A stretch of DNA of 64,000 nt from Chiloscyllium plagiosum (lineage: Eukaryota). Made by a program: the position numbers and the translations under genes. A model generated the notes under the pieces. The model did not search any database. It was not told the origin of the DNA and was given only the letters and a program-made list of their open reading frames with translations. Below are positions 12,880 through 26,129 of the stretch, piece after piece. Within the stretch, counting starts at the first letter, position 1; each line of letters begins with the position of its first letter. The DNA lies in assembly GCF_004010195.1 (NCBI RefSeq), contig NC_057718.1, forward strand, positions 52,532,254 through 52,596,253, read 5' to 3'.

Positions 12880-13230
12880 ATCATGTGGAGGTGCTGCTGT
12901 TGGACTCGGGTGGAAAACGTCAGAGGTCACACGTCGAAAAGATGTATTTGAAATCACAAGTTTTTGGAGCGTAGCCCTTTCATCAAGTGAAATGGAGGAA
13001 AGCACACAGGCACAGAACTTATAGGCAGAAAGACTATTGCAAGATAACTCAAGGTAATTAAGAGTGCCAAAAGATAGTACAGATGGTGTGAGTGGAGCGT
13101 CAACAGGCTGAATAACAAATTTTTGCTGCTGATCAAAAATGTCAAATGGTGTTAGTGAATTGCCAATAGCTGAATAGCAAGTGAAGGGATAACTTATGAC
13201 ATAAAACATCAAATTCAGCCTGGAACTACA
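12880..13230 (-). mobile_element. Diverged Penelope terminal fragment (family A related)
   Basis: ggtgctgctgttggact...ttttggagcgtagccctttcatcaagtg resembles the family A terminus. Confidence 0.55.
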
Positions 13231-14992
13231 GATCCAATTGGATGACCTTATCAGCACTGCAACCAGATCTTGTGGTTTCCATATTGTCAAGACCAAGTAT
13301 ATTCCAAAGGTACATGTTGGGATCCTGCTGAAGTCCTAACTCACTGACTCCAATGGAATTGACCAGGAAGTATAAACTTTTGATGGACCATTCCCCAATT
13401 CCCCAGGACCCCACATAAATGTCTCTGGCATTGAGTTAGAATTGTGGAAGACCACTCTGTGTTTCCAAAAAGATTTTGTTCAGAAGTCCTGGCCAACTCT
13501 ATCATTTTGTAAAAAGGCAAAAGCAGATAATAGTCCAATTGTGATTGCTACTCCTTGGAAGATTCTGTCCAAACATTAATTCTGTTTCTTTTCCACAGAT
13601 GGGCAGCCAGACCTGCTAAGAGTTTCCTTTTTTTGTTCCCCGACTTGCAGCATTCATTTTACTTTGCTTCTGTACTGGATTCTGGTAGCTAGCAGGTTAT
13701 CAACTAGAGAACAAACTTTATCAGATCAGAAATATCCTTAGATCCGTGGAAGACAACCAAGTGAATATCTGCTAACTTGTACAAGCTACTTTACAATTTG
13801 AAATAGTCTTTGATGAGTTGGAATTCTTCCTTCAATGCATCTTTGACTGATTTGTTTGACTCTTTTACGAAAGAGAGGAGGGTTTGTAGTTACTTCAATG
13901 TTAGTAGTCATAAGACCTGAAATTTCCTCCCAATACTGAACTTCCCTCTCTCCTGCTTTACGTTGCCACTCAAAACACATCTTCTTTCTCCCTAAGCTTT
14001 TGGCTGAATATCACCTTCCGTAGTTTGGTGTCAAACATTGAACTCTTCAGCATTATGTTAAAGGCACTACATAAATAAAGTTGCTGTTGTTGCTTCTGAA
14101 ACTGTCCCTTTTTGCATTTCCCTTTCCCCCCTCCCAAGAAGACAGAAGTCAAGAAGGCTATCCATGTCTTTTGAGATTGGAAGCCATTGTCCATTCCTCC
14201 TCAGTCATGCTGCGAAATAATGATTCATCTGGACTCTTCATTTCTGTCACTGCGCTGAAATCTTGCCATTGATTAAACACACAAAGTGCTTGGGGCCAAA
14301 TCTTATTCAGCTGTGTAGTTCAGCATCACTTTCTCATGGTTGGCCGTTAACAAAGCCCTAACAAGCACGCACCAACTTTGTTCTGATCTTGTAACAAATG
14401 CTTATTCACCTTTAGCTGCTCCAAGCATGTTCAGTTTTGTGTGAAACATTACTGCAAGATTCCAATCTTGAAGTAAAATGAGTATCTGAACTGAAAGGTC
14501 TGCCTCTCACCAATAGGTATGTCCATCTCTATCTGACCTGGCTGACCACATTATCCTTCTAACCCACAAACTAGCAAACAATTACTTTCCTCTCCCAATA
14601 CCACTCAAACTGTAACTCCTCTTCATAGGCTGTCTATACGCCAGTTTGCTTTTATTTTGTTATACAGGGTCCTCTCAAGAATGGCCCCAAGTTGATTTTG
14701 TTCCTCTCAGTTGTCGCTATTTTGCTTCTTATTTTCCATACTGCCTGTTTTCTCCTCAGCCTGCATTCCCATTTGAAAAGATGGTTGCATTTGAATTCCT
14801 AGTTTGTTCTGGTCCTGCAGCACATCAGTAATCTGACCTTTGAGGGTACATTTCCTTTCACTGTTCCTTATATTCAGAGCATATCGGTTCACATTTTGTT
14901 GCAGTAATTTGCAGCTAGCACCAATCTACTGCCTCTTACTTTTTCCCATATTTTTCATTTTTGTTTCTTGGCCTGACTTCAATATAATCAGC

Positions 14993-15413
14993 AATCTCTC
15001 CACCCTGGAGGCTTCCTGCCTCTATTCCTGATGAAGGGCTTTCGCCCGAAACGTCGATTTTCCTGCCCATCGGATGCTGCCTGAACTGCTGTCCTTTTCC
15101 AGCACCACTCTGATCTAAACTGGTTTCCAGCATCTTCAGTCTTTGTTTTTACCGAGTTGATTTTAACCTTACTGCGAATCCTCTTGCAAGAATGCCTACC
15201 TTGAAGAGATTCTCCTCCTCTCTTCACAAGAATCTCAGTGAGTCTCTCTCTCACTGCAACCCCCAGGTCATCTCCTCCGCCTCCCCATTTATCTCTCCAC
15301 CCTGGAGGCTTCCTACCTCTATTCCTGATGAAGGACTTTTGCTCGTAACGTCGATTTTCCTGCTCCTCGGATGCTGTCTGACTTGTTGTACTTTTCCAGC
15401 ACCACTCTGATCT
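14993..15413 (+). mobile_element. Partial tandem Penelope terminal repeats (family B)
   Basis: Two direct copies about 297 bp apart (hammerheads at 15024 and 15321; the second has GAAA changed to GTAA). Confidence 0.85.
15024..15059 (+). ncRNA. Minimal type I hammerhead motif (PLE family B)
   Basis: AUUC-CUGAUGA-A-GGGC(uuuc)GCCC-GAAA-CG-UC-GAUU: GUC cleavage triplet, palindromic ACGU stem III, weak stem I. Confidence 0.75.
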
Positions 15414-15641
15414 AGGCTTTATCATGCCTAGTTTCCAAACAATTACATGAAATATAAAAAGTAATGTCAGCACACATTCCATTTTTACACTACCCACTTA
15501 TGGGCAACATAAAATACTAAAACATTGGGCGGAATTTTCACATTTTCAGTTAAAGAGTTTTGTTGAGTGAGATTCATACATCCACTCGGCCATGGTGGCT
15601 TCTCTCAATCAACCTTCCACTCTTCGCCTCTTTATAATGCA

Positions 15642-15817
15642 GGAGAAAGTGAGGTCTGCAGATGCTGGAGATCAGAGCTGGAAATGTGTTGCTGGAAAAG
15701 CGCAGCAGGTCAGGCAGCATCCAGGGAACAGGAGAAGGGCTTATGCCCGAAACGTCGATTCTCCTGTTCCCTGGATGCTGCCTGACCTGCTGCGCTTTTC
15801 CAGCAACACATTTCCAG
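15642..15817. mobile_element. Palindromic Penelope family B mini-insert with 14-bp target-site duplication
   Basis: Perfect 63-bp inverted arms (15674-15736 and 15759-15821); ctctttataatgca at 15628-15641 and 15818-15831. Confidence 0.85.
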
Positions 15818-16004
15818 CTCTTTATAATGCAACCAGGCAAACAGGTGTCTTTCTCCAGAGGTTGTGCAACTGGAGGTGTAGACGTGCTTGCTGCCGCTGG
15901 GACCTTGCAGTGTTCACTTTGCTGGTGTTTTATTTAAAGCCCAGCTGCACACCACTTCAGATGTTGTAAGGCAGGACTGATCCCTCACACACCTGGAGAT
16001 TATA

Positions 16005-16345
16005 AAATTTCGGAGAGGTAGGCCATTCAGCCCATCGAGTCTGCTCTGCCATATAATGAGATCATGGCTAATCTGATGAATCTCCAAATCGACCTTGCTG
16101 CCTTTCTCCCATAACCCTTGATTCCCTTACTAATCAAACATCTCTCCATCTCAACCTTGACTCTACTTAATGTCCCATCCTTGACAGCCCACTGCAGTAA
16201 AGAATTCCACAGATTTACTATCCTCTGAGACACAAAATCCCTCCTCATCTCTGTCTTAAATGTGCAACCTTTATTCTGAGATTATGCATTCTGGTCCTCA
16301 CTCGGAGAAGCAACCCTTTCTCATCTAACCTATCAAGTCCCCTAA
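16005..16345 (-). mobile_element. CR1 3' fragment
   Basis: RRDFVSQRIVNLWNSL...GIKGYG, the CR1 ORF2 C-terminus. Confidence 0.8.
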
Positions 16346-16399
16346 GAGTCAATTATTCTTCTGAATTCCACAGTGGTGCCTGACTGTTCTCACCAATGA

Positions 16400-16625
16400 C
16401 ATGACTAAAGGAGAGGCAAGCTCGCTCTCTACTTCTCATGCACAGATGTCAAGGTCCTGGTAGATGGGTTGGTGCAGAGGAGGGTAGTCTATTTACAGTG
16501 GACCACCGCATGTGACCACATCACTAGACAAAACCAGCTTGAACCCAGCTTTCCTGAATGAAAGGGGATGTCCAGGAGTGCAGGAAGAAGGTCAGTGATC
16601 TGTGCTCCTAAACAGTTCATGCCAC
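16400..16625 (+). mobile_element. Possible Harbinger-type Myb/SANT-like gene remnant
   Basis: FS..DVKVLVDGLVQRRVVYL and CRKKVSDL resemble Harbinger Myb-like helices; heavily decayed. Confidence 0.4.
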
Positions 16626-19600
16626 CATCTTCTTTGTGCTACCTCACAGTCATAGGGTCACCTCTCATGCTAACTGTCAGCCACTATATGTGACTCTCAC
16701 CAAGGTTCACGAACTATTGTGTACACGGTGATCATTCACTTGCTCTCACCAACCTCTAAAAGTTCTAACTCTCCCTGTCCTTCACACTTCCCATGCACTC
16801 ACTCACAGGGGACAGTGGACAGTGCACCACCTCTCCTACTTGGGCATTACTATCAACTGATTCTCCATCCACTCTAATCAGACTCAACCCCTCCCTTTAT
16901 CTGAATGAAGACAACATTGCTTTAGCCCATGAGGACTAATACCTCCACCTGACTGACCTGCCTGCAATCCACAGACCGGTTGCATTTTACTTGCCTGCCT
17001 GCCATACTGGCTGTGACCCAAAACACTGGATGAAAAGAGCATAGGTTCCAACATCTCACCAGCTATGGTCAACCCCCTGAACCAGAGAAGCCCCTTGACT
17101 GACCATGTCAATAATCCTGACTGACCATAGGCCCACTTCACCCCATTAAGGATTCCTTCCCTTTGACATGGCCATTTGTTTAAAGCACATAAATGTATAA
17201 AACTGACAAATGATGCAAGTCTGCTATTGATGTAGCACCATGCTAATGACATGCCCAATCCCTTCACTGTTATGTGCTCCCTATCGATGCAAACTGCCTG
17301 TTTCTCCCATTCAATCAAAAGCAATGCAAGCCATAGAGACACCAAGAAAGCAATGTGACCAAACACAAAGCCTGTTCAGTCAATGTTGAATTCAGAAGGC
17401 AATGTGAAGTAAGCAGAGGCTGGCAGCCTCCAAGGAAACAGAGAGTAAATGAGTACTAAGAAAGCAAATAAGATGTATCCTGTGTAGATGCAAAAAGTGC
17501 ATTTGTCGCCCTATGCACAAATCAACACAAGACCATAGATTATCTATTGTACACCAGTCACTGCCATGCCTTTACATTCTGACTTCAAAACATGCAATTA
17601 AATGAAGTATGACCAGGTCTTTACCATTCAATGCCTGACTACTACTGAGCTCACTGAGGCATCTTACCTCCTAATGCTTGTAAGTAACTGAAATGCTGAC
17701 ATGGATCGGGTCACTATAACGTGCTGTAAACACTGAGACAGTATACCAGCTCCATGTCTTTGCTGAAGTTGATGAAATATACTGTACTGACAGCACTCTG
17801 AAAAGAAATGACAAGATGTATTGCACCAGCAACGCAAAAAGGGACATGTTAGCAATTAGACAAAATAGAGTATTTGAAATTTGAAACAGAAATGGGGATA
17901 TGGCCAAAGTATTTTCTGAATGCAATCAATTTTCAGCAAGGCACAGTAGAGGAGAAAATAATCTACAGAGCAATGTTTCAAGCAGCACTACGTGCGCCTA
18001 CATCAATGCTCTAGGGACAGACAGCACCACAGACAGCTACCTGCACATGTTTTGTCATTGATATCATTGAAAGCATCCATGTGGACTATGAAGCAATAGC
18101 CCTTGCTGCTGATGCCTCCAGGAAATTGGCATAGTGTGCGTAGAGCCTGATTATATAGAAATTACTTACAATTTTGTTGAGAGCACAAAAAGAATCCGCA
18201 CCTCAATATTATACATAACTAATGTAGAGATTTCTATAATCCAATTTTCCCGTATTATGTCAAAATTATTAACCATTTGAGGAAGGTTTTCTAAACATTC
18301 AGTGGCAAGGAGCTAAACATTGTGCAGCATTTTCCAAAAACAGGAGTTTTTGGAGAGACAAACTTGCTGCCAACCTTGTTCAGAAAATATGCCAGTACTA
18401 CAAAATGAGGCAGTTGATTGGCTGCTGGCAAGCTTTCTCCTGAATTCTGAATCCGTAGCAGGAAGACCCATCTGCTTGGAGCTGCCAATCTGTGGTCAAC
18501 TTCTCTAGAATCTGGCAGTGCCACATGAGAAAGCTGTAGCTACTGCCAGGGTACCAACCTGAATCCTCCCCCCACCAATGGAGGATCAGAGCTGAGAAAA
18601 ATAGCTATTGGGGTAGGGATGAGCTTCTGGGATATAGGCTGCAGAGCGAGGGGGGCTGGCAGTCAGTAGCAGAGTCAAGAGTTGACTCTCAGTGGCTATC
18701 CTCCTATCCTAGGGCAAGTCTCTCAATCTCATATGAAATAGTGCAGAATGAAAGATTCTCTGAAACTAACAGCATGTCTGCACAGGCTTGCCAGTGAGTA
18801 GGACAGCTTTTTCTTTTCCTTTTAATTTTCTTTTTTTTTTCTAATCAATCTGTTCAGAGATATTATACCCCTCTGGAGCAGATGGCACTTGAACCAGTCC
18901 TCCCATTTCAGGAGTAGGGACATTACCACTGAGTCACAAGAATGCAGCAAGGCTTTTCCTTGTCCACTTAGATCTAAAATAAATACAGCTCAAGCAGCAT
19001 GAACCCTTTAAATAATCACTAAACTCACTGGAAGTGCCCGATCCAATTTCACTGGAAAACAAGGTGGCGCAGTGGGTTAGACACAAGCCTCTGGGAGCTA
19101 CCTTTAATGTATTTTCAGACTGGCACAGTGAATGTCTGTTATGTCTATTGTATATACAAATCCTAACTAAAATGAGTGTCAATACTGCTAATCCAGGATA
19201 CGTACTATAATTAATTCAGTGCTTATGGTGGCTTGATATACTGTTATATTATTCCTAAAGAGTTAGTAACTAATTATGTGAATATATATCCTGGAGTGAC
19301 TTCACTTGTTGCACTCCCATCATATGACATGTGACAATGTATCCATGTATCAGTCCAACAGCCACATGGATATCTGCAACATAAATACTTGCTGAAGCTC
19401 CATTTTGAGTCAAAAACACGATTAAGCGCAGTGAAATAGAAAGCTTAACATTGTGGAGGCAGGGTATGAGTGAAAACCCCAAATATTTTAAAGATATTTG
19501 ATACCTAATTGAAAAAAAATCAACATGAATCCTCACCAGAGGGAGAGAAAAACAGACTGAATTTTGCAAAAAAATGGCTACTGCAGCAATAAACACACAA

Positions 19601-19642
19601 CACCAGCACGATAACTTGGGAGGCTAGTGATGCTTTCAAGAA

Positions 19643-19923
19643 TTAGAATTCCTACATTGTGGAAACAGGCCCTTTAGTCCAACAAGTCCACACCGACCCT
19701 CCGCAGAGTAACCAGCTAAACCCATTCCTACATATTTGCCCTGACTAATGTACCTGAACACTATGGACAATTTAACATAACCAATTCACCAAACCTGCAC
19801 ATCTTTGGATTGTGGGAAGAATCTGGGGAGCACCTGGAGAAAATTCACAGACAGTCACCCAAGGCTGGAATTGAACCCTGGCACCATGAGGCAGTAGTAC
19901 TAACCACTGAGCCACCATGCTGT
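19643..19923 (-). mobile_element. tRNA-derived SINE (HE1-like)
   Basis: Reverse complement of the same family. Confidence 0.85.
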
Positions 19924-20308
19924 GTGGCTCAGTGATTAGACAAAGCATTTGAGAAGTTTAAATAAGATTGCAGACTGACATTTGTTTAGCTAAGAGTAGA
20001 TCGCCATCTACTTCCTTCAGTATGCAGCAAGGATAGGGTCAGATTTGTTCACTGCTGATGCAAGTTTCAAAGCCTGAGGCAGGAATCGGATGAAAGTAGT
20101 TGACAAGTTCAGAACAGGATTGAAGAATAAAGCCGGATAATGTAAATTTAAGAACATAATTGAAACCCTGCAAAATAACTCATGGGGTTCTGCAAATCCT
20201 GAAGTGCAAAACAATGTAATTGGGGGAAAGTATAAAGTTACAATATTGTAATATGCAGACATTGTCTATGTGTATGATGCCACAGGTAGGTAGACATACT
20301 GCCTCCTG

Positions 20309-20631
20309 GCTGGCAGGATGGCTCAGTGGTTAGCACTGCTGCCTCATAGCGGCAGGGACCAGGGTTTGATTCCAGCCTCGGGTGACTATCAGTGTGGAGT
20401 TTGCACATTCTCCCCATGTCTGTGTGGGTCCTCCGGGTGCTCTGGTTTCCTTCCCCAGTCCAAAGATGTGCAAGCCAGGTGAATTGGCCATGCTAAGTTG
20501 TCCATAGTGTTAGGTACATTAATCAGGGGTAAATATAGGGTGGGGGAGTGGGTCTGGATGGGTTACTCTTCAGACGGTTGGTGTGGACTTGATGGGCTGG
20601 AGGGCCTATTTCCATACTGTAGGGAATCTAA
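20309..20631 (+). mobile_element. tRNA-derived SINE (HE1-like)
   Basis: tggctcagtggttagcactgctgcctca head through agggaatcta tail. Confidence 0.9.
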
Positions 20632-20639
20632 ACTCACTT

Positions 20640-22420
20640 TCTCCTCACATCAGACAGGAAGAAAGATGTACAAGATGATTGCAAATGAATGATTCCATGA
20701 GTTCACAGACAAAATAAAATGTCTCCCACTATAGATCAAACTGCAGAGTTTATGGGAACCCAAATCACTGGGGAAAGGAAAACAACAAAGTGTCTTCAGT
20801 GACAGAGGGACAGAGGAAATGAAAAGAAAATAGAACCAAACTATACGCAGTTTGGAACACAAAAGGCATATAACTACATGAAATGTAGTTGAGACAGTTC
20901 TCAGACAGAAAAGAGATATTGCACAACCACTCAGATCAGCAAGAGAGTGAGAAATAAGCTCACAGTCACAGATCTGAAACAGAAGCCTAATTCCAGAGGA
21001 CTGAGTGATATCATCCCTTTCAGATGATACCAGAAGATCTTTCCTGAAAGCTTGAAAGAAAAATGATTCTTTCCCCAAGGGAACACACAGTGATTCAGAG
21101 TTAGACTGGGAAGATACAGTAAACAGAACCAGCAGGACAGCAGCACTGATCTATCAGAGGTGACATCTCACCGGAAGATGATGTACTGCTGGTCAGCCCC
21201 ACAGCAACCCTACCCAAAAGCATGCTGGAAGAACTTCTTCAAAGAAAAATGAAGGTCATATGGGAATGAAAAATTTTAAGCTCAGAGCCAGATCAGCTAG
21301 ATACTGGATAGGTACATCCAAAGACATTGAAAGAATATTGTTTACATGCAATGTATGCCTGAAGACCTGACATACAAAACAAGAGAGGATAGCTACTGAA
21401 CTATCAGCCAGACTATAATATCCTAAGGAAGCCAATATATTCACACATATCCAACCCTAACCCTAACTATAATCAACACTAACCCGAATAGCACCTCGTT
21501 GTTGCACAGCATTACTCAAAGTGTCCTTTTATACAAAATGGGAAACCGAGAGCTGTAGCAATTATCTCAACAGCATGGGTTCTACTCACTGAGCAAAATG
21601 TTCCTGAAAGAATAATATGTGACAATCGAACCCAACTTTACCTCCACAGAACTTGAGGCCACTGAACGGTATAGGTACAACATCATGACCGCATGACAAC
21701 ATTACCAAAGGGCTCATAGCTTTATTGAAAGACATGTGCAGGCAGTCAAGAGAACATTTACAAAATGCCAAAAAACAAAGGAAAATCCAAATGTTGCCTT
21801 GTTGTCACTCCAATCTACATTTCTCAAGGCTAAAATGAAATTAAGCTGTTGAATAGAAAAAAAAGAACTTTGTGAAGCAAGGTACTCCATTCAAGTATAA
21901 TCACAGAATCCCTGCAGCATGAAAACATGCCATTCGGCTTATTGAGTACACACTGACCCTTTAAACAGCATCCCACCCAGACCAAGACCCTTACTCTATC
22001 CTTGTAACTCCACATTTACCCATGGCCAGTCTACCTAACTTCCACATCTTTGGACTGTGGGAGGAAACTAAAGTACCCAAAGGAAGACACAGGGAGAATA
22101 TGCAAACTCCACACAGACAGTTGCCCAAGGGTGGAATTGAACCAAGTTTCCTGGCACTGTGAGGCAGCAGTGCTAACACTGAATGGCCAAGAGACTAAGA
22201 AGTAGTAAGATAAGAAATCAATGATAAACAGCTCAAAGAAAGTCATAACAGCACACCAAATCATTATTTAAGCTTTTGAAAAGACAGGTTATGTAATAGT
22301 CCCAATCATTAAAATCTGAACTACAACCGTGTTGTTGGTGAAGCTGTGCCTTCAAGGTGATGGAAACCGCTATGTAAATCAAAAGGAATAGGTTCCATAT
22401 GCAATCTACACCTGATCTGG
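20640..22420 (+). mobile_element. Decayed Gypsy-type gag/integrase remnant
   Basis: About 21200-21370 reads, with frameshifts, LPKSML...EGHMGM...RARSARYWIGTSKDIERILFTCNVC (integrase HHCC region); an RNRFH motif lies near 22385. Confidence 0.6.
21902..22180 (-). mobile_element. tRNA-derived SINE (HE1-like), inserted in the Gypsy remnant
   Basis: gggagaatatgcaaactccacacagac...gtgaggcagcagtgctaac. Confidence 0.85.
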
Positions 22421-22569
22421 GAAAGCAGAAAAGATCATCAACAACACCAGAAATATCACTCAGCAGCAAGACAACAAATACAGCATCATTAGCAAGCAAT
22501 GCAACATCAACAACATTGCCACCAGCAAGTCATACATCATTAGCAACATCAACTCTTACAGCACCAGGA

Positions 22570-22697
22570 GACACACAGATACACACACACACACACACAC
22601 ATACAGACACACACACACAGACACACACACATACACAGATACACACACACACATACAGACACACACACACAGACACACACACACACACACAGTCACA
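22570..22697. repeat. Imperfect (CA)n microsatellite
   Basis: Directly visible. Confidence 0.95.
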
Positions 22698-25584
22698 CGC
22701 AAACATTTTCCAAGATGGAGAATAAGGTTCATGGAAAAGAAGACAAATCACAATAGACAATAAAGGTGTTCACTTTATTGGTAAAATTTGATTGCTAATC
22801 TTTAGTTTAGAAAAAAAATGATTATTGGAATATATACCCATACAAAAGCTATTACTACATATGCAAATATAAGAATGAAAAATGTCATATTTTCATTTTA
22901 TTTGTAAAATGTCAGGAACTAATTGTTGTTAAGTAACTATATTTCTAGGGTGTCACATTTATTGCTGAAAAGCAATCATGCACCAAGTCCACAAATCATA
23001 TACAGAACTATAAGAAATACAGCTGATGTGTGTGATTATTTTGAATTCATTAGGGCAGAAGATATAACATTGGATAATCAGGTTCAGATTGATAACCGCT
23101 GTCAGGAAAGAGGAAAAGGTTCACGTGATTAGTAGTAGAAGCTATTCTCCTTAGTTTGGAGCAAAATCACATCATTGTGGCGCAGAAGAGGATGTTTTAC
23201 TGGACAGTTGGCTTTGACATACCTGAGCTGGCAGCGTGTGATATTGCCTGTGAATTGAAAATGGAATAACAAAGTCCAATATTGCGGATGCTGAAAATCT
23301 GAAACCAACAGAGGAAAAATAGAAGAAGCTCAGCAGAACTGCTAACACTTGTGAAGAGAGAAAGACAGTTAACATTTTGAGTTCAATATGACTTTTGCAG
23401 AACTGAAAAAGAACTACTGAAGAAAAAGATCATCCTGGACTCGAAATATTAACAGGCTTTCTCTTCACAGATGCTGCCAGTCTGCTGAGTTTCTCCAGCT
23501 TTTTCTGTGTTTGTCTTGGAAATGGCATCGATTCCATTCCTCTGTAAGAATACTCCTCATGTTTATGAGAACAAAAATAAGATATTTTTCAAGACCACAA
23601 AAGAACTGCCTGTTTTTCATATGTTCCTTGCTAAGTTGGAGATGATTCCATGTAAAGCTGATAGAGGTGGGAATAGGTGCAAATCCAGCAACACTTGGAG
23701 TGAACAGGTAATCAGGCAGGCAAATTGTGCTGGCAACTACTTAAGAGACTAAGATCATGACTAGTGTTCAGATTTACTTGTCATATCATTTTCATAGCAA
23801 TCAGAATGTAAGATAAGCAATACAATAGGTACAGAGAGGGGCTAGCTCGGGCAGAAGGTTATGTTTTGTAGGTTTGGTGCTCCTGGGCCGTTTTTAATAC
23901 TTTCGTTTGCTTTTATCGACCAGTATCATTCTGGACAGCTGTCTGACTATCAGTGCACCACTGAAATAACTGACAAGCCTACATAGTAAGCCATTTTGAT
24001 TTTAGTGCAGTTCATCAGCTTCTCTAACTAAATTTAATTTTGTAATTAAATTGAATTTCATAATGTGTCATGTCAAGCTTTACATTTACAGCCTCTGGGT
24101 AGTTGGCCTAGTAACATTACCATTACCACCAGGTTTCTCGTTGCTTCCAGCCATTAATGCATGATTTCTTCAACTCCTTCAGTTATTCACAATACTTCCC
24201 TGCTGTACTCTCAATCCCAACAACCTATCACACATATAAAATACTATGGCAGAGATTGTAGCATGGTGGTAATGTCATTTCATTAGTACTTCAAAGGGCG
24301 AGACTAATCCACTTGAGACTGCAGCTCAAAACCCATTGGGGCAGCTTGTGGAATTTAAATGCAATGAACAGAGTCAGGATCTGAAATCTAGTTCCAGAAA
24401 TGGTAATTATGAAACTACTGTTGATTTTTTTTTTAAAGAAACAAACATCTGGTCCTTTTGGGAAGAAAATCAACACCCCTTACTGAATCTGGCCTACATG
24501 TTAACACCAGATCGTCAGTAATGTGATTAATGCTAAATTGCCTTCTGAAATGGGCTAGCAAGCCACTCAATTGAAAGGTGATCAGGGATAGCAACGAATC
24601 ATGACCTTGGCAGCGGCATCACTACCCATGAAAGAATAAATTCTAAAAATTTGTCTTTCCCCGTGATGACAAGCAAACAACTTAATTTTCCAATTAAATT
24701 AATAACTCCAGCAGACTTTGCAAAACCTTAAGAAAAGCTATATAAATATTCCTACAGATTAAATTATTTTACATAACGTAAAAAATATCAGAGGTTAAGT
24801 GCCCTATAAAACAATTCTTGGGAGCAAAAGGGCATTGAAAAGTACAGGCCACAAAACAACAGTCCCACCTCAAATATTTCTCAGTCAGCAATTTCTCTAC
24901 ATATCTACGAGTTTTACTTTCAAAATCCCAATCACATCTACTATCAGGCCACATAATCACACCTCTCTGCACAAAATCTAAATTGTATGTATGCTACAAG
25001 CACCATTTAAGATTAAGCCATCTACATTGCTTCTGGGCTGTTGGTTGTAATCTCAAACAAATCAAGGCCTAAGGACGCAGAAATAATAACAACAGAACTG
25101 TTAGTGCTCAACACGATTACGTCTCTGTGACTGACTGCAACAGCGAGAGCCAGTACATGCACAGTTAACCATGGGGAATTCAGGAATTGTTAGCAATTCC
25201 ATTCTTCTTCAAAAGATCTTCAATCCTTTGAGTACTGCAACCTATTGGAAATCATTGAAAGAATGAGAATTTCTAATCTTACACTTTTAGTGTCATTGTA
25301 ACAATACTTGAAAATCTTTTATGAATGAAGTCTAACTTAATTCTTAACAGGGGACTATTTTCAAACTTAATGCTGGCCCAATTATGCTTTTTTTTTGAAT
25401 ACCAAATTAAGGTAAGAAGTTCCACATATATTTTTATGTTTATGATACTTAAATTTTAAGTCCATGCATGTGTTCCAAGAATTTATTTCATTATTTGTAA
25501 AAGTTATAAATATTAAATTTGAAAAGATTGTGTTGTTTTAACTTCCTGGTTTCCTGTTTTTCAGAATGTGTGATTGGCTCATAG

Positions 25585-25708
25585 GAGAAAGTGAGGTCTG
25601 CAGATGCTGGAGATCAGAGCTGAAAATGTGTTGCTGGAAAAGCGCAGCAGGTCAGGCAGCATCCAGGGAACAGGAGAATCGACGTTTCGGGCATAAGCCC
25701 TTCTTCAG
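25585..25708 (-). mobile_element. About 124-bp Penelope family B terminal insert with 21-bp flanking direct repeat
   Basis: gaatgtgtgattggctcatag at 25564-25584 and 25709-25729; the body is nearly identical to 15642-15736. Confidence 0.88.
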
Positions 25709-25712
25709 GAAT
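25677..25712 (-). ncRNA. Minimal type I hammerhead motif (family B), sense to the neurexin pre-mRNA
   Basis: Reverse complement reads AUUC-CUGAAGA-A-GGGC(uuau)GCCC-GAAA-CG-UC-GAUU. Confidence 0.75.
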
Positions 25713-26129
25713 GTGTGATTGGCTCATAGCCTTGTTGGTTTTGTATCACTGCAGTTCTTGATCAGAGAAGTCAGCAATGAATACTAGTGTTTTGCTGCTA
25801 AACTCAAAGTACTGTCCGATATTCGGATTCAGTTTACCATTTCCATAAGAATCTTAATTATTTTAGTATCACTCCAAAGCTATTTCTTCCTCACCTTCAC
25901 AATATGAGGTTCGTCAAATATGAGGTTCGTCATCATAAGGTATCCATTTGCTACTTCCATTTCCGAAATGTCTTGCTACAATATGCTGATCAGAGATGTA
26001 CATAGTAAGCCAGGTGTGTGTGCACTAATGGCCTATAAAAACTCATGAGCAATTCCTGAACATTGTACTACACCTACATTTTGTAAATCTGATAGCCCTC
26101 CTTGCTATTTTCCTGATATATTGTACCCC

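Noticed and set aside
22399..22760. HT-rich and CV-rich ORFs (also 51512-51827)
   Set aside because: Translations of (CA)n/(TG)n microsatellites.
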